Positions 36,421 through 60,500 are shown, numbered from the whole stretch's first letter. The stretch is 63,015 bases of DNA, filler included, from Reclinomonas americana ATCC 50394 (GCA_048213135.1; 8 parts of 3 records of this genome joined end to end with filler, not necessarily neighbours in it); one strand, 5' to 3'. A program made the numbers and translations. Notes: a model not told the origin generated them from the sequence alone.

Positions 36421-38827
36421 TTAGTGCCGACCAACCGCGGCAGAAGCGGCGGCGAGGAACGGGTGGTCGAGGAGGGCAGAGGCCGGTGGCCGGTCGCTGG
36501 AGGACACGGCAAGACATCTTCTCACCAGGTCGCGTCCGTGCTCGCCGAGATGCGGGGCGCTGCGATCGTCCGGCACCGGCAGGTCGCCACAGCCGATGCG
36601 GAAGAAGAGCTGAACGGGTTTCGCGGAGGTGCCGTATGGCGGCTGTCCTGTACTCATCTCCACCAGCAGGCAACCGAGAGCCCAAATGTCGGCCGCCCTA
36701 CATTGGCACGTGTCATTATCACTCTTTCAGCACGAGACCGGTGATGGGGAGGGAGGCGCACGCAACAAATCACAGGCGTCGTCACGAATCGCTTCTGGGG
36801 GAAAGTAGCGAACCGAGGAGCACGGTTCGTCGGCCAGCGATTGGAGGTAGTGGGGCGCCGACAGTTTCCCTGTGCGCATCCAAGTGAGCATCATGAAATC
36901 GTTCTCCCCTGTCTCTTTGATGGATAAAAGAAAAATCATGTCTCTCCATTTCTCTCTCCCTCCCCTTTGCCCTCTCCATCCCTCCCCCTCATCGACGCAA
37001 CGCATTGGAGCACTGGCAAAACCGCCGAGTCGACACTTGCCACCCACCACCGTCACATTGCTGCTCTTCAAGTCGAAATGCCCGACTCCGCCACCGCGGT
37101 ACGGCGAGTGCAGGTAGTGAAGAATGTCAATGAGGTCGCGCGTGTACCGCGCCATGGTGGCAAGCGGCAGAGGTCCCTTGGTTTCCTTGATGAGCGAGAA
37201 CAGCGAGCGGCCACCTGCAACAATCAATCAATCAACACGCGAACGCAGAAAGGCGGCCAGACGCCTCGCAGCGCAGCCAGCACACCTGGAACATGCTCAC
37301 TCGCCACCGTCAGATGGCGCGGTCCAAAGTCGCAAAACAAGCAGCGCGTCACCGACGGGTGCTCCAACATGGCTCTCCGCTTCACCGCTTCCACCACCTC
37401 GCCTGCATTCACATTCATCTTCAGCCCATCAGCACACTCCCGCGGAAAACAGACTGCATGCTAACGCACCCATCACTCTCCCATCCACCTCCTGCTCATC
37501 CTCGCCCCACTGCAGATGATGCACCAGCAGCGTCTGATTGGTGGGTACGTGCAGCGCCAGAAATGTCTCCGCGCCCTCGCTCGACCCCAGCGGCTCTGGT
37601 CGACTCCACACCTGCAAGCGCTTGAGTACCAGCACCAAGTGCACATTTCTACACACACAAGTACACACCTCAGGCGACAACGCCACTCTCTTGTACACCT
37701 TGAGCGACGCCAGATCGCCGGTTTCGCCCACACACGCCTTGTACATGCGCACATTCTTGCTCTCCGTCACCAATTGCACCTTGGTCAGCACGATGCAGTC
37801 GGTTGAGTGTCGCCGCGCCACCCCCGATGCCGACGCGCTCCCACCGCCACCGGCGGCAGAAGCGGCAGCGATACCGAGTGCAGGCTGCGCATCGGGACTG
37901 TCGGGCGAGATGGGCTCCAGCTGCGCATTGGCCGAGTGTCTCCTATTCTCCTCCGTCTCGGCCACCACCACCGGCAGCCGTTCGACAGGCATTGCTCTGC
38001 CAGCTGCAGCCGCGCCCCGTGCAGACACCACCGCGTCCGAGTGGAAGCGCCGGATCGGCACATCATCATCGTCGGGCATACTCGGCGGCGATCGCACCGA
38101 TGGTCTTCGCTGCCGTCTGCACGACAATGAAGAGTGAGAAGCGATACACACACACAAAATAAAGTCCGCAAGTCGGCCGACGCAACTCGACACGCGGAGG
38201 CATGGCAGACAGCGGCGACTGTAGCGGCTCGACAGTGTCGACGGGCATCGGTGGTCGAATCGTGACATTGTGTTGCGCGCGGGCCGTCCGTGGCGAGTTT
38301 CCGTTGCTGCTTGGCGCAGTGGTTGCCGTTGTCGCAGCAGGAGCAGGAGCAGGAGCAGGGGAGTTGCCGGCACTGGCCAGCGCTAACCGCAACATGCGCG
38401 CCGCCGTACCATTATTCCCCCCACGCAGCGTATCGCGCACCAGCGGCGGCGCATCCACAAAACTATTCGTGAGCGGCACATTCGGTGACGACTGCGCCTT
38501 TCCCACGGGCGCCAGAAACGAGCCCAGCTCCGCCTCTACATAATCCGCCGCCCACACCTTCGGCACCGCACCTCCCATCGACGGCGATCGCTTATGTGCC
38601 GCAAACGACACACCCTTCTGATTCCCCGAGGCAGCAGCGGCAGGCGGTGGAGGTGGCGACTTGCCCATTAGCAACTGCGTTCCATGCGAAGGCGATCGCC
38701 TATGCGTCGTCGTAGCCGTCACCTTTTTCTTTTCATCCGTCACAAATGGAATACTGCGCAACGAAGGCGGCGCCACTGCCAGTACGTCATCCTCGACCTC
38801 GGAGTCGATCTCCGATGACGGTGCTGC
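36421..38827 (-). CDS. STE11/MAP3K-like protein kinase-fold protein, probable pseudokinase; 5' end missing
   Basis: LHYLH...GHFDLKSSN, YFPPE, ADIWALGCLLVEMSTGQPPY, DRPPASALLDHPFL. DFG is replaced by GFA and there is no beta3 lysine. Confidence 0.82.
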
Positions 38828-38954
38828 NNNNNNNNNNNNNNNNNNNNNNNNNNNNNNNNNNNNNNNNNNNNTTAATTAATTAANNNNNNNNNNNNNNNNN
38901 NNNNNNNNNNNNNNNNNNNNNNNNNNNATGCATTGATTGTTTTTCTCGTTTGGG

Positions 38955-48893
<9,939 letters not shown>

Positions 48894-49247
48894 GAGCGTG
48901 TGTGCAGGCGAGTGCGCTTGTTGATGCAAGGCGATGAGCGCGTGATGAAGACTTCAGAGGACGATGGGACCAATGCAACATGGAGACAAGCCAGAAGTGC
49001 AAGCGAACCTCTGTCGTAGCAGCAAGGGGCTTTTTCTGCTTACATGCCCGTTTGCAGATGGAGAAATTACACGAAGAACACTTGCCGAGACTTCAGACCG
49101 CAACACACGACGGCTGTGACACTGAGACGTGCCGCAGAAACGTTGAAGAGAAAGACGAAAATGAGACTGGTGAGAAAAAGCATGGATCCGTAACAGGTGG
49201 TACATTCGCCTTCACTCTGCCCGTCACCTTCCTGCATCCCTTACTCT

Positions 49248-52200
49248 TTACATGCGCACTTGCGTTGGGGCCGCAGGCGGCGGATGTGGATTGTTGCTGC
49301 CGGCGGGCGGTGCAGTGGGGTTCACCGACTGCATGTGGCCGGGTGCCGACGTCGGAGGCGGCATGTTGAATTCCGGATGCAACTGCGCGTGATCCTTGCG
49401 GTAGCCGTCCATGACCGCCTGCAGATCCTTGGAGGCATACACCTGCGAAGCACAAATTCAGCACGACTTCATGACAAACACAACTTCCTATCTGTCTCTC
49501 TCACACACACGCACCCTCTGTCTCTCATTCTTGTCTCTGTTTACATTCTCCCCACTCTCTCCCTCCCGCACCATCATGCCGTGCTTCATGTTGTCATTGT
49601 CGTACACATACAAATGCAGCGTGGTGTCGATGGCCGTCTCGAAGGTCTGCGACAGCACGTGATTTTGAGCATCGTACACATACTGCAGCAGCTTGCGATG
49701 GAGCACACCAACCTTCATGAATGTCTTGGCGACAAAGTAGTTGACTATAAAGGCGAGCTGAAACACCACCACTTATTGTCAGCGCCCAACAGCTGCGAAG
49801 CGCACCGCTTGCGACACACACTCACCATCGCCGGGAAGAACGGATTGGAAATCTGCTCAGCACCGCCTTGCACCAGCGCATCGGAACGGATGAACACCAT
49901 GACCAGGAAGGTGCAGAACGCGGAGATGCCCAGCTGCTCGGGCAAGCCGTGTCAGAAGCGATAAGAAAGAGACGAGGGACTGCTTTCCACGCACCTTGCC
50001 GAGGAACAGGAGCCAGTCGCCGACCAGATCGACGGCAAACACCAGGCCGAGGTTGTTGGTGTACAAGTGGAACGCGCGAACAGCAGAGCTGCAAAAGTTC
50101 TCGTCGGTGATCATCATCTGCGAGCGATGCGAATCAGTCAAACTCTCGCAAGCAACCAAACAACACGCGCGCTGACACAACCCTTCACCTCAATGTACGC
50201 GTGATGTGTCAGATACTTGAGGCACTTCTCCAGGCAGTACAAGCAGCACAGGCAGCAGCAGCAGCACAGCTGCCAGAGTGGCGGTGTAGTGGTGAGCAGA
50301 ATATCATTCGTGCAACTGTCCGTGATTAGCCCCCACTCACCTTGTAGCAGCACGTGGCTCCGCTGCACACGGCACCGACGCCGTTTGAGAAGAGCGCGCC
50401 GGGCACGCCGGGCAAGAGGCAGCTGGAGACCGGGATGATACCACACTGTGGTGTGCGGCAATGGCGATGAGAGAGTGAATGGCATTTATCAGGAACACGC
50501 TCGGTTACGCAACAAAGCGAGCAGATCCACGCTCAGCAGCCTGTGTATGGGGTCAGTCGGGAATGGACAAAGTTGAACGGAGAAGAGGATCACGCACCTG
50601 CAGCTTGGCCAGCAGGTACGTCAGCATGTAACGCAGCATCTGGACCACGGCCACAATGAGACTGCCAAAAGCCAGCGATCCTGCGTGGAGGGAATGGGGT
50701 GTGACGAGAGGAAGGGAGAGAGGGAGAAGAGAACAACAGCGTTGACTTCACACCGAAATGGTAAAACTGAGCACGCGCCCAGGACTTCATGACGGGCCAC
50801 GTGATCTCCTTGATCTGCGGTGTGCAGAATGCGGTGAGTGAGAGAAAGAAGGGAGGGGAAAGGAGGGAGAGGCAGGGAGAAAGAGGGAGATGGCGACCGG
50901 CTGTTTGTAATGCCTGTCCGCACGCACCTTCGGATCCTCGTTGCAGTACCAGAAGCGCGTGGCACCGGCCACCGTCGCGGTGGTCAGCGCAATAAAGAAG
51001 AGCGACACCCAGATGCCGAGGAAAATGTGATACAGAATGGCATACTGGGGTGGACGGGGTCAGTCGCATCATCCAGCATGACAGAAGAAAAAGAATGCAG
51101 AGTACGCACCCGCACGTTGGTGGCATAGGAGATGGTGCCATTCTCAATAGTGCCGGCGCCGAACAGGAAGACGCACACTGCGGTGTCGCGACGTGGTGAG
51201 AAAGGACTCCTGCGTGAGGTGGGAATCGAGAGGAGCACTCAACCTGCGATCCAGTACGAGAAGAAGCCGACTTGCGCGATGAACACCCAGAACGGAAACA
51301 CTGGAATGGTGGGTGTGTGTAGAATGGCTCGCGAGGCCTCCAGGATCACGAGACCGGCGACGCGGATGTGGTGGCGCAGGGCAATCTGATAAAAGAGGGG
51401 GAGGAGGGGAAGGAGGGGAAGGAGAGGGAAGTGAGATTAAGAAGGGAGCGAAGGAGGAAGAAGGGAAGTGAAAAAGAGAGAGAGGGAGAGAGAGAGGGAG
51501 GGAGAGCTAGAGAAGCACACTTCAAGGAAACATGCCGCAGAAACGCACCATCATGATGATCAAAATGAGAGCACCGAACAAGCATGCGCCAGCAAACACC
51601 CACAGCGCAATCACTTGACCACGCGTCTCCTCCTCAATGCCCAGATCGTCGTTCTCGTTCTGAATTTGCCGGGCTACACATGCACACACAATGAACATGG
51701 GTACTCGTGGAGCAGGCGACCGCCATTACGCACCTCGCACAGCGGCATACACGCCGAGAATCACCAAGCCCGCCACGACGACAATCATCGCGACCCACGA
51801 CAGCCAGCCGGCGAAGCGGCCAGTGAACCTGCATGGGGGAAAGAAGTGGGTGGCGTGATTAAAGCAGCGACGCAATAAGATGACTATTACGCACCAAACA
51901 AAGATAAAGGACATCACCACACAGATGAGCAGTGCGAGAAGCTGTGCCGGCCACGAGCGACCGACGTTGTTGATCGAGGTGCTGACCAGGTCGAGGCCCT
52001 TGCCGACGGGTAGATAGGCCGGCGCGACCGGGAAGCAGCGGTTGACGACTGGTTTGTGAATAGGAAAGTGAGGCGTGAGGCAGAAGAGGAAGAAGAAGGG
52101 CGAGGAGCAGAGCGACTCACATGAGCGGTATTTGCCGTACACTGCGCGAGTGGACAGTGATGAGAGAAGTGGTGGTGGCAAATGAGAGAGAAGGGTGTGT

Positions 52201-53209
52201 GCGCACCTTTCAAGCCGCTACTGTTTTGCACACAGACTTGGTAGGAGATGCCGTTCTTGACAGCTATGCTGGGGCTGCCAGGGGAGAAGTCGCTGTGCGG
52301 AGGGAAGAAGGGAAGGAAAAGATGAGGGACAAGAGAGAGAGAGAGAGACAAAGGAGAAGGCGAAGACGAAGACATGGGTGATGAAGGAGGAGGAATTCGC
52401 GAAAGAAGAAGAGGAGGAGGAGCTTGGAAAGGAAGAGAAGCAAAGGGATAAGGGACAAGAGCAGAGAGTCATCTCCAACTGGCAATTACAGCATGAGGGG
52501 ATGAAGAGACGATGGTATGCGTGGTGAAGGAATAAGATGAAGGGAGATCTAGAGGGAGGAAGGGAAAGTGGGAATGAAGCAAGAGGAAGAGAAACAACGA
52601 GGGACAGGAGAAAGAGAAGAAAGGCACCTCCAACTCACAAGCAAGCTGAGGAAGTGAGCGGAGGACGAAGAGACGGTGGAGCGGTCGGTGAATGAGGTGG
52701 AGGACGAAACGAAGGAGGAGCGTAGAAACAACGAGGGACAGGAGAAAGAGCGATAAAGCCAGGAACAAACGAAGGAGAAGATCATGCATGCACATGAAAG
52801 AGGCGTCGAGAACACCAGACAAATCAAAAGGGGCACATCTTGTCTCGCTTGTCTCTCGCTCGCTTCTCCACTTCTGGCGACCAACACAGAATGCCATCCG
52901 CAGACGCAACGACGGACACTGCTGTCCATTGGGGCACGCCGACGCACAGTAACCACCTCCACTCAAGTTCGAATAGTCGCTGTAGATGAACTTGGGCCTG
53001 CCATCATAACAACAACGAAAAGGTGAGAGTCGACGCACGCGCATAGCACACGTGATCAGCACACGCAACAGGCCCTCGTTGATGCCGACGCCGCAAAACT
53101 CATTGTTCTGGCCCACGGGGTTGAAAATGCCGCGGATGGAGCCCTTGCGGAAGGCCACGGCTGCAACCGCAACGCCGCCGAGCAGGAAGAGGATGAAAAT
53201 GACGGCGAA
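49248..53209 (-). CDS. Choline transporter-like (SLC44/CTL) membrane protein, 5' end missing
   Basis: NNEFCG, CASACP, PVVNRCFP, RHIRVAGLVILEASRAI, YHFGSLAFGSLIVAVVQ, CCLYCLEKCLKYLTHHAYIE, NFCSSAVRAF, WLLFLGK, ETAIDT. Confidence 0.92.
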
Positions 53210-53439
53210 CTGCACGGCGAAGGCGAAGGGAGAGAAAAAGGAGAAGGGAGGAGGGAGGGAGGGAGGGAGGAAAGGGAGAGAGGGAAGGGAGAGAGGGAAG
53301 GGAGAGTGAGTGAGTGAGTGAGTGAGTGAGTGAGTGAGTNNNNNNNNNNNNNNNNNNNNNNNNNNNNNNNNNNNNNNNNNNNNTTAATTAATTAANNNNN
53401 NNNNNNNNNNNNNNNNNNNNNNNNNNNNNNNNNNNNNNN

Positions 53440-54106
53440 GTCAAAGTGGAAGTGCCGCAGCACATGCACAGCGCGCACTCGCGTCTCCGAGTCCGTCGCG
53501 CCCGTCGCCTGCACCATCTCCAGCACACGCGGCAGCACCGACACTGCAAACTCTCGCGAATCCCCGCACAGCCGATCGACCAGTGCCAGCACAGCAATGC
53601 GCTCCTGACTCTGCTGCGCCGCCAGCAGCCGCAAGAAGCGATGATGCAAGTCCACACGCGCCGGCAACAGTGCATGCATCGTGATCAGCACGCGCAGTGT
53701 CAGAGTCCGCGCAGTGGAGTCGTTGCTCTCCAGCAACGCAGTCACGTGGGAGAGCACGGTCTCGGGGTTGAGAAGGCGGCCCATGTGCGCCTCCACCTTT
53801 TCAAACACCTTCAGAATCCAATAGCGAAGAAAGTTGGTGCTGCATGCAGGCAAAATCACAAATGCACAGTTGTCAGTGATGATGTTGTGCATGCATTGCT
53901 CTCTCTCTCTCTCTTGTGTGTGTAAGTGTATGTGTGTGTGCGTGCCTCGAGTTGTAGAGCGCAGACAGGCGCAGAATGGTGGCGTTGATGAGTGAGGGCA
54001 GTGGGAATGCAGCAATCAGAGGTGCACAGCGTGCGACTGCTGCACATCGCGTCTCCACTGATGCACTGCGCAGGCCCTTGTCGACATCGGCCAGTGCGCG
54101 CTCCAT
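53440..54106 (-). CDS. INTS7: Integrator complex subunit 7, N-terminal part (an upstream ATG at 54157 is possible; 3' end lost at linker)
   Basis: DKGLRS...FPLPSLINATILRLS|NFLRYWILKV...LESNDSTARTLTLRVL...VDLHHR matches the INTS7 N-terminal signature. Confidence 0.85.
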
Positions 54107-54181
54107 GTCGCTGCAGCAACACAACACTATGTGATCAAAGTGTAAATTTTCATTCATTGTTGCTTGTTTTCAAGCGTCGCT

Positions 54182-56227
54182 TTAGACAGTGTCGGCAGAG
54201 GGAAGTGGGGCCACGGAGAGTGCACAGTGCATCTCTGGGCGCAGTGGAGGCAGGTTGGCATCGGCAATGCCCACCGCCTGAGAGACAATGACGGATTGGT
54301 TGAGGGGCCGTGTTGGTTCCGACGACTTGCCCATCATGGTCGGCATCAGCAGCATGGGGTCCATGGAGAGTCCGGAGGAGACGGTTGACGAGGGCATCAT
54401 GGGGAGCGACGGTGGAATGACTGCAACGCGCGTACCACCGTCAGCAAAGTCCGTTTCTTCTGGTTATTTCGAAGGTTTTACAAGCACACACCAGAGGCTG
54501 CATCGATGGAGCTGCTGGCGGCATTAGGGTCACCGCCCAGCAACAACTCGGCTGTGGGTGTCGTTGTTGTTGTGGCCGGCGACGAGGAGCTCATGTCCTC
54601 GGCGGCCGGCATGTCGCTGTCACTCGGTGGCAGTGGCGGCGGTGGCGGTGGCGGAGGTGGCGGCGGAGGTGCCAACATGCCGGCCACCATCTCGGCGGGG
54701 ATGTTGAGCTGTCCGGCCAGCAGCGACTGCAGCTCGGGCGGGAAGGTGCCGGCGACCGTGGAGAGGAGCAGCGAGTTGAGATCGACATTGGCGAGAGCGG
54801 CAAACTGCGCAGGATCCAGCGACTGCAGCGCCTGCTGCATGGCCAACAGATTGGCCGTCTCCGATTCCAGCGATGGCATGCCTTGCATCAGCTGCTGTTG
54901 TGCGCCAGCGTCGCTCTGCCGGCGTCGTGAGCTGCCAGCCGAGGGAGAGAACAACTGCCAAAAGGGAAACTGAGTGTGCGAGGGAAAGAGGAATAGGAAG
55001 AGAAAAAGTAGGATGGGGAGACGCAACATCCGCGTGCGCATTCTTCTCGTGAGAGCGCCGATGCGAGACGTCGGTAAACACCTTGGTGCAGCCCTCCACC
55101 AAGCACGGATAGGTGACACCGCGATGCGCCGTGTCCACATGCCGTCGCAAATTGAACGAGCGCGTAAACACCTTGGTGCAGCCGGGGAACTCGCACGGGT
55201 AGTACGTGCAGCGTCCGCGCGACTTGCGTCCACTGTCGCCATCACCCGAGCCCGAGTCCTCGTTCAGCCCGCCACTGCCGGGGAACATGCCGCCGAGACC
55301 ACCACTGCCGGGCGTGCCCGGTGACTTGAGCGCAGCTGCCGCCGCCGCTGCCGCCGCCGCTGCCGCTGCCGCCATTGGATTGCCACCAGGTGCTCCCAGC
55401 GGCTGCAAAAACGCACTGCTGTTGCTCAACATCTCCTGGAATGTGGCCGGTGACGTCGAGGCCGCCAGTGCCGCCAGCAATTGCTCCATTTCCGGTCCGG
55501 CAAACATGCTCGGCGGCAAATTCCCCAGCGCCGCCAGCAGGTTCGGGTCGTTCAGAAGCGCCGCCGCGTCTATTTGCGCAGGAAGCAGCTGTGCTACTGC
55601 AGCAGCCGCCGCCGCAGCAGCAGCAGCAGCATTCGGCTCCTCCTGTTGCGCCTGTTGTTGTGTCGGCGACATGCTATGCCGCTGCCGCACAGCAGGCGGC
55701 GAATTGGACCGTGCACTGCCATCGGCCTCCAGTGGCCTCTTGCGCTGCGGCTGCGACGACAACCAATGAGCAAACTCAAAGTGGAAACGCACAATTTGGC
55801 GGGAAATGCTCTCACAACGCGCACACACACAGAGAAGCGCCAATGACACCAAACACACGAGACACGCGCACTCGACAGAAAACACGCGTGGCGCACACCA
55901 AACAGAGACAGTGGAGGAGGTGGAGGTTCAATTGGGGCGCGAGGGGGGTTTGCCGCAGCAAATGCGCGTGTTGCTCGCCCAGCGCGAGCGAGCGAGCGAG
56001 CGAGCCACTCGCCATCATCATCATCACTGTCGACAAAGCAAGCAGCTCACCTCGAACGGATTGACGGCGGCGGTGATCGACAACGTGACTGTGCCCTCCT
56101 CACTGATGCTCACAGTGGGTGGCGGTGGCGGCGGCAGAGGCGGGGGCGGAGGGAGTGACATGGACATCGCGCCCTCGCTCATGTTGGCCTCGTCGTCCAC
56201 CGACTCCAGACCGTGTTCGTCGCTCAT
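54182..56227 (-). CDS. C2H2 zinc-finger transcription factor (two fingers, Ala/Pro/Gln-rich)
   Basis: YPCEFPGCTKVFTRSFNLRRHVDTAH and YPCLVEGCTKVFTDVSHRRSHEKNAH, in GT-AG-bounded exons. Confidence 0.85.
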
Positions 56228-56441
56228 TACTTTGGTGGAGAGAGAAGAGGAGAAGACAGAGTGGGAGGCAGGCTGTGCGGAGAAGACAAACTGCCATGAG
56301 AACTCACAACAACTGTGCCGCGCTTTCCAACAACGCGCACGACACACACACGCACAAGACGCACAACAGCAAAGAAGCAACAGCAACAACAACACGCGCG
56401 CGCTTACCTTGCGCAGGTGACAAATCCGATCGCGACCAAAG

Positions 56442-56449
56442 TGACGTCA
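56442..56449. promoter_or_regulatory. Perfect CRE palindrome TGACGTCA in a ~250-bp divergent promoter (C2H2 gene / NYN gene)
   Basis: Motif lies 28 bp upstream of the NYN ATG and just upstream of a putative 5'-UTR intron donor of the C2H2 gene (56407). Confidence 0.4.
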
Positions 56450-56476
56450 TCTCACTTGAACACACACACACACACA

Positions 56477-57365
56477 ATGGCTTCCGCGGCACCTCCCTCG
56501 TCTGCGCGTCACAAGCAGCGTCCGCCGAACATGCGGCTCACTGCTGCTGGTACGCATCTCCTCTCAGACATAAAAGACGCACTCACAGAAGTCATATAAC
56601 AGCACCGCAACCTCCGCCGCCGCCCAAGGTGCACATTGAGGAGGCGAGTGCAGAGAGCGCCCCCAGTGACTTGTGTCAAGGACCTGTGGCCATTTTCTGG
56701 GATACAGGTTGCGAATGGCGCTCGTGCCACTCATGTGTGTTGCAACTCTCTCATAAATGTGTGTAGAGAATGCGGCGGTGCCCAAGGGCATGCCGGGGTA
56801 TGTGCTGGTGGAGCGCTTGCGGGAGACTGTGCATGCATTTGGTCCGATTGTGCTCTTCAAGGCGTACTTGGAGATTGGTGTGTCGGAGAAACAGCGCTCG
56901 TTGCGACATGAGTTGCAGTCGTCGGGAGGTTTGCCGTACGTGTATTGCCTCCGTCTGCGCCTATCCACGCGCGCATGCTGAGGAGCAAGGGTGTTTCATG
57001 CGCAGTATCGTTGACGGATACACCACATACGGGCAACAAGAACACTGCGGATCAGATGATGGTGTGCTGTCATGAAACCTTGTTTTCGAGCTGGTATCAT
57101 CCACAAGCTCATCACGTTGCGTGTAGATTGTCGACATGATGGCGTTTGCGTTGGATAACCCGCCGCCGCTGACGATTGTGGCCATCACTGGCGACATTGA
57201 CTTTGTGTATTGTCTGTCGACGCTGCGCAATCGCAAGTACAAGTTGCGTTGTGTGTGTATGTGTCGCTCTCTCGCGCGTGATAAGCGACTGACTGACGGA
57301 CTGACTCGACGCAGCATTGTGCTCATCTCGCCGCCGACGGGCACCAGTCAAGTGCTCCGTGCAGC
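56477..57365 (+). CDS. NYN-domain (Limkain-b1/MARF1-like PIN-fold) ribonuclease, 3' end missing
   Basis: VAIFWDT|ENAAVP, KAYL, LRHELQSSG, KNTADQMM, AITGDIDFVYCLSTLRNRKY|NIVLI. Confidence 0.88.
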
Positions 57366-57521
57366 GTTGCGTCTCTATCTCTCTCTCTCTCTCTCTCTCT
57401 CNNNNNNNNNNNNNNNNNNNNNNNNNNNNNNNNNNNNNNNNNNNNTTAATTAATTAANNNNNNNNNNNNNNNNNNNNNNNNNNNNNNNNNNNNNNNNNNN
57501 NGGACGCTGCCGCGGCCGCGC

Positions 57522-60500
57522 GACGTGCCGATCGCCGCCGTCGCAAACGTCGCAAGATCAAGCGACGCATGCGCAAGCTGATGGAGGCTCGACAGGCGGC
57601 AATAGACGCCGGACTTGAGGTGGAGGAGGCAGAGGTGGAGGCCACTCTGCAGGAGTACGAGCGGCGGTTGCACAGACGGTTGAAGCCGCGGCGACGAGAG
57701 CAGAATGCAGATGCAGCTGATGATGATGATGATGAGGTGCCGGAGGATGCCGAAGTGCGACGCATGATCATGCAGGCCAGTGAACAGCAGTCGTCGCCGC
57801 CGGGACCGCCAGTGCCTCCACCAGTGCCGGTCAGCAAGAGCGAGGTGCGGGCCAAGAAGCAGGCGAGCTGGAGAATGCGTTTGCCGGCGGGCACGACACC
57901 ACCGCCACCCGATGCGTCGCCGGTGCTCGGATCGCCGACACCACCGCCGCCGAATCGCAGTGGCAAGGTATGTGCATGCGCCGGGCCGAGCAAGTGAATG
58001 CATCGATTGAGCGCTGGTGTTGTTTTTTTTTTAGGTGCATCGATCGCCGTCGTCGGGGCAAGTGACGCCATCGCCGGCGACAGTGGCGGCTTCGGTGCTT
58101 ATGAATCCGCCGCTGGAGTCGACCAAGTTCCGGCATTCGTCGACCATGGCGGCGGCGCAGACACCGGCCAGTAACACGGCGGTGAGCAGTCGGGATCAGA
58201 GTATTTCGCCGGCACCGCGTCCGCTGGTCGTCGTGCCGTTGCCGTCGTCGGACACGGAGGGTGAGGCGACGGCGTCGCCAATGTCGGTGTCGACACCGGG
58301 CAGTGGCGCTGGTGTGGGAATCGCTGCTGCTGCTGGCGTGGGAACGACGTCGCTGCGCGAGAAGCTCGCCCAGCGACACGCGCTGCAGCAGAGGCTGAAT
58401 GAGGAGCAGGAGGCGAAGCAGCGGCAGGAGCAGGAGGAGGCTGCCGATCGCGCTCGTCGGGAGGCCGCGGAAGCGTACCATGCTCGTGTCAATCGACCGA
58501 CGCCGCGAGTGCACGGCCCTGTGCATTCGACACCGAATCCGACGCAACAGCCGAGGGTGAGCGCGCGTGTGGGGGAGAACTCATTCATGGTGCGCATTCT
58601 TGCTCACTTTCTTAATCTGCACAGGCCGTTGTTCTGCGCGCCGGCAGCGCCCCGGTCGCCTCGCCAGCCGCCGACACACCCGGCATCGACGGCGGTGACC
58701 ATCAGCAGCGACTGCTGCGGGCACCACAACATCCTCCGCTGCAACATCCACCCCTCGAACATGAGCGCACCTATCGACACGCATCAATGCAGCCTGCGCC
58801 TCCACCACCACCACCACCACCGCCACAGCAGCATTCACGCCCGCAGCAGCAACAGCAAGGCCCACCATTACCGTCGTCGGGTCCGGGGACGCAACTGGTG
58901 CCGCGCTCCTATCGGTCCGGTTCACCAGCGACTACGGCCATGTTTCCGCCTGCGTCGGCGTCACCCAGTGGTGGCGGCATGTCGCGACGACCGACATCGT
59001 CACAATTCCGCAGTGGGAGTGTGGTGCGCTTTGCCGACACGGCCGAGTCCACGACCCCGCAGCCGCTGTCTTTTGGTCGCCGCCACCTGACGTTGGAGGG
59101 GCCTCCGCCACTACCGGTGCGAGTGAATCGACGCCACTTGCGCCCTGCCGACTATGCACTGCTCAAGCAGTATGTGGCCGAGGGCTTTTGCTGCGAGACC
59201 ACCGTGTTTTTCTACGACGGTGGTCGAGTCGTGGAAGAATTCCCCGCCGAGTTGCGTGTGGGCGGTGACTCGACATTTGCGTTCTGGGAGAGCCCTCTCC
59301 TCCTGGCCTCGGAGGTGGCGCCCTGGTGGTGCTGCGGTCCATCGAAGCCGCGCAAGGCCCGTCAGTTGTCGCACACCAACCCCATACACCGCGACCTGCG
59401 AGTCGAAGTGGACGAGGCGACCAAGTACCTCACGGTGTGGGACATTCGCGTCTCCGATTTTCGCATCACCTTTGCCACCGCCACTCCGTACGTGGTGGAG
59501 GCCGCCTTTCGGTGCTTGATTGAGCGCAGCAAGTTGCGAAAACCACCGCCGCTCGTTCTCTTCTCCCTGCCACGCATGCACGCACTAACTTGTCGCTGAT
59601 GCTCTCCTCAGACTGCTTGACGAATTCGCCGCTCTCGGCGCACCGGCCACGTTTGAATTTGAGAGTGGATCCGTGCACGATGCAGCCATGAAGGCGTACG
59701 ACGAGGAAACTGGTGCACCGCCACCACAACCACCACAGCAACCACCATCGCAGTCGTCGACAGCGCTGTTGCCGCGACTGCCGTCAAGAACGTCTGTCCG
59801 TGATGCGTCGGCGGCGGGTGTGGAACCGCTTTCGTTGCCGCGCTTCGGCTCACCGCTGTCGTCGGCCGGCACACCATTGTCGCTGGCCGCCGTCGGCAAT
59901 GTGACTTCGCCGACAGCCGGTGGAGACCAGGAGAACAGATTCGGGAGTGACAGAAATGCGGATGGCGCGGTCGGCGGTGACAATGGTGGAGCAGGTGGCA
60001 CGCCGACTGGTGGCGAAGCTTGTTGCGTGCATTTCATTTCTCATCATTCATTCTCTTTCATTTGTATCCCACTCAACTCCCCTACGCAGTCGACCGACGG
60101 CGGCAAGCTGCATTCTCCATTGGCATCGACTCGCCGCGGAGCTACGGACCCGACGCGCCAGCCTTCAAGCGACCACCGCGAACCACCGCCGAACCAACAC
60201 CGCCCACGGTTCGTGACCCGGCGCTGCCGGTGGCACCTAGTCACTCGAGTCTCAAGCCACGCGCCACACCCGCCTCGCGACCTCTGCCACCACCCGAAGC
60301 GCTGCTGTCGCCCGCCGAGATGGACATGGAGATTGCTGCGGTGGCTGCTGCCGCGGCCGAGGTGCAGGCCATGCAGCAGGAGCAATTGCGTCGCCGACAA
60401 CGGCAAGCTGGGCTCATGGTGGCACCGCCGGACGACGACGAGCCACCACCACCACTCGATCTGTCCATTCCGCCACTCGAGCACTTTGAGTCGCTGGCGG

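Noticed and set aside
50220-50445. Poly-Cys run LCCCCCLCCLYC in the CTL gene
   Set aside because: A Cys cluster before LEK is a normal SLC44 family feature and is only modestly extended here.
53305-53339. (TGAG)n as a telomeric repeat
   Set aside because: Short intronic tetranucleotide microsatellite at a contig end.
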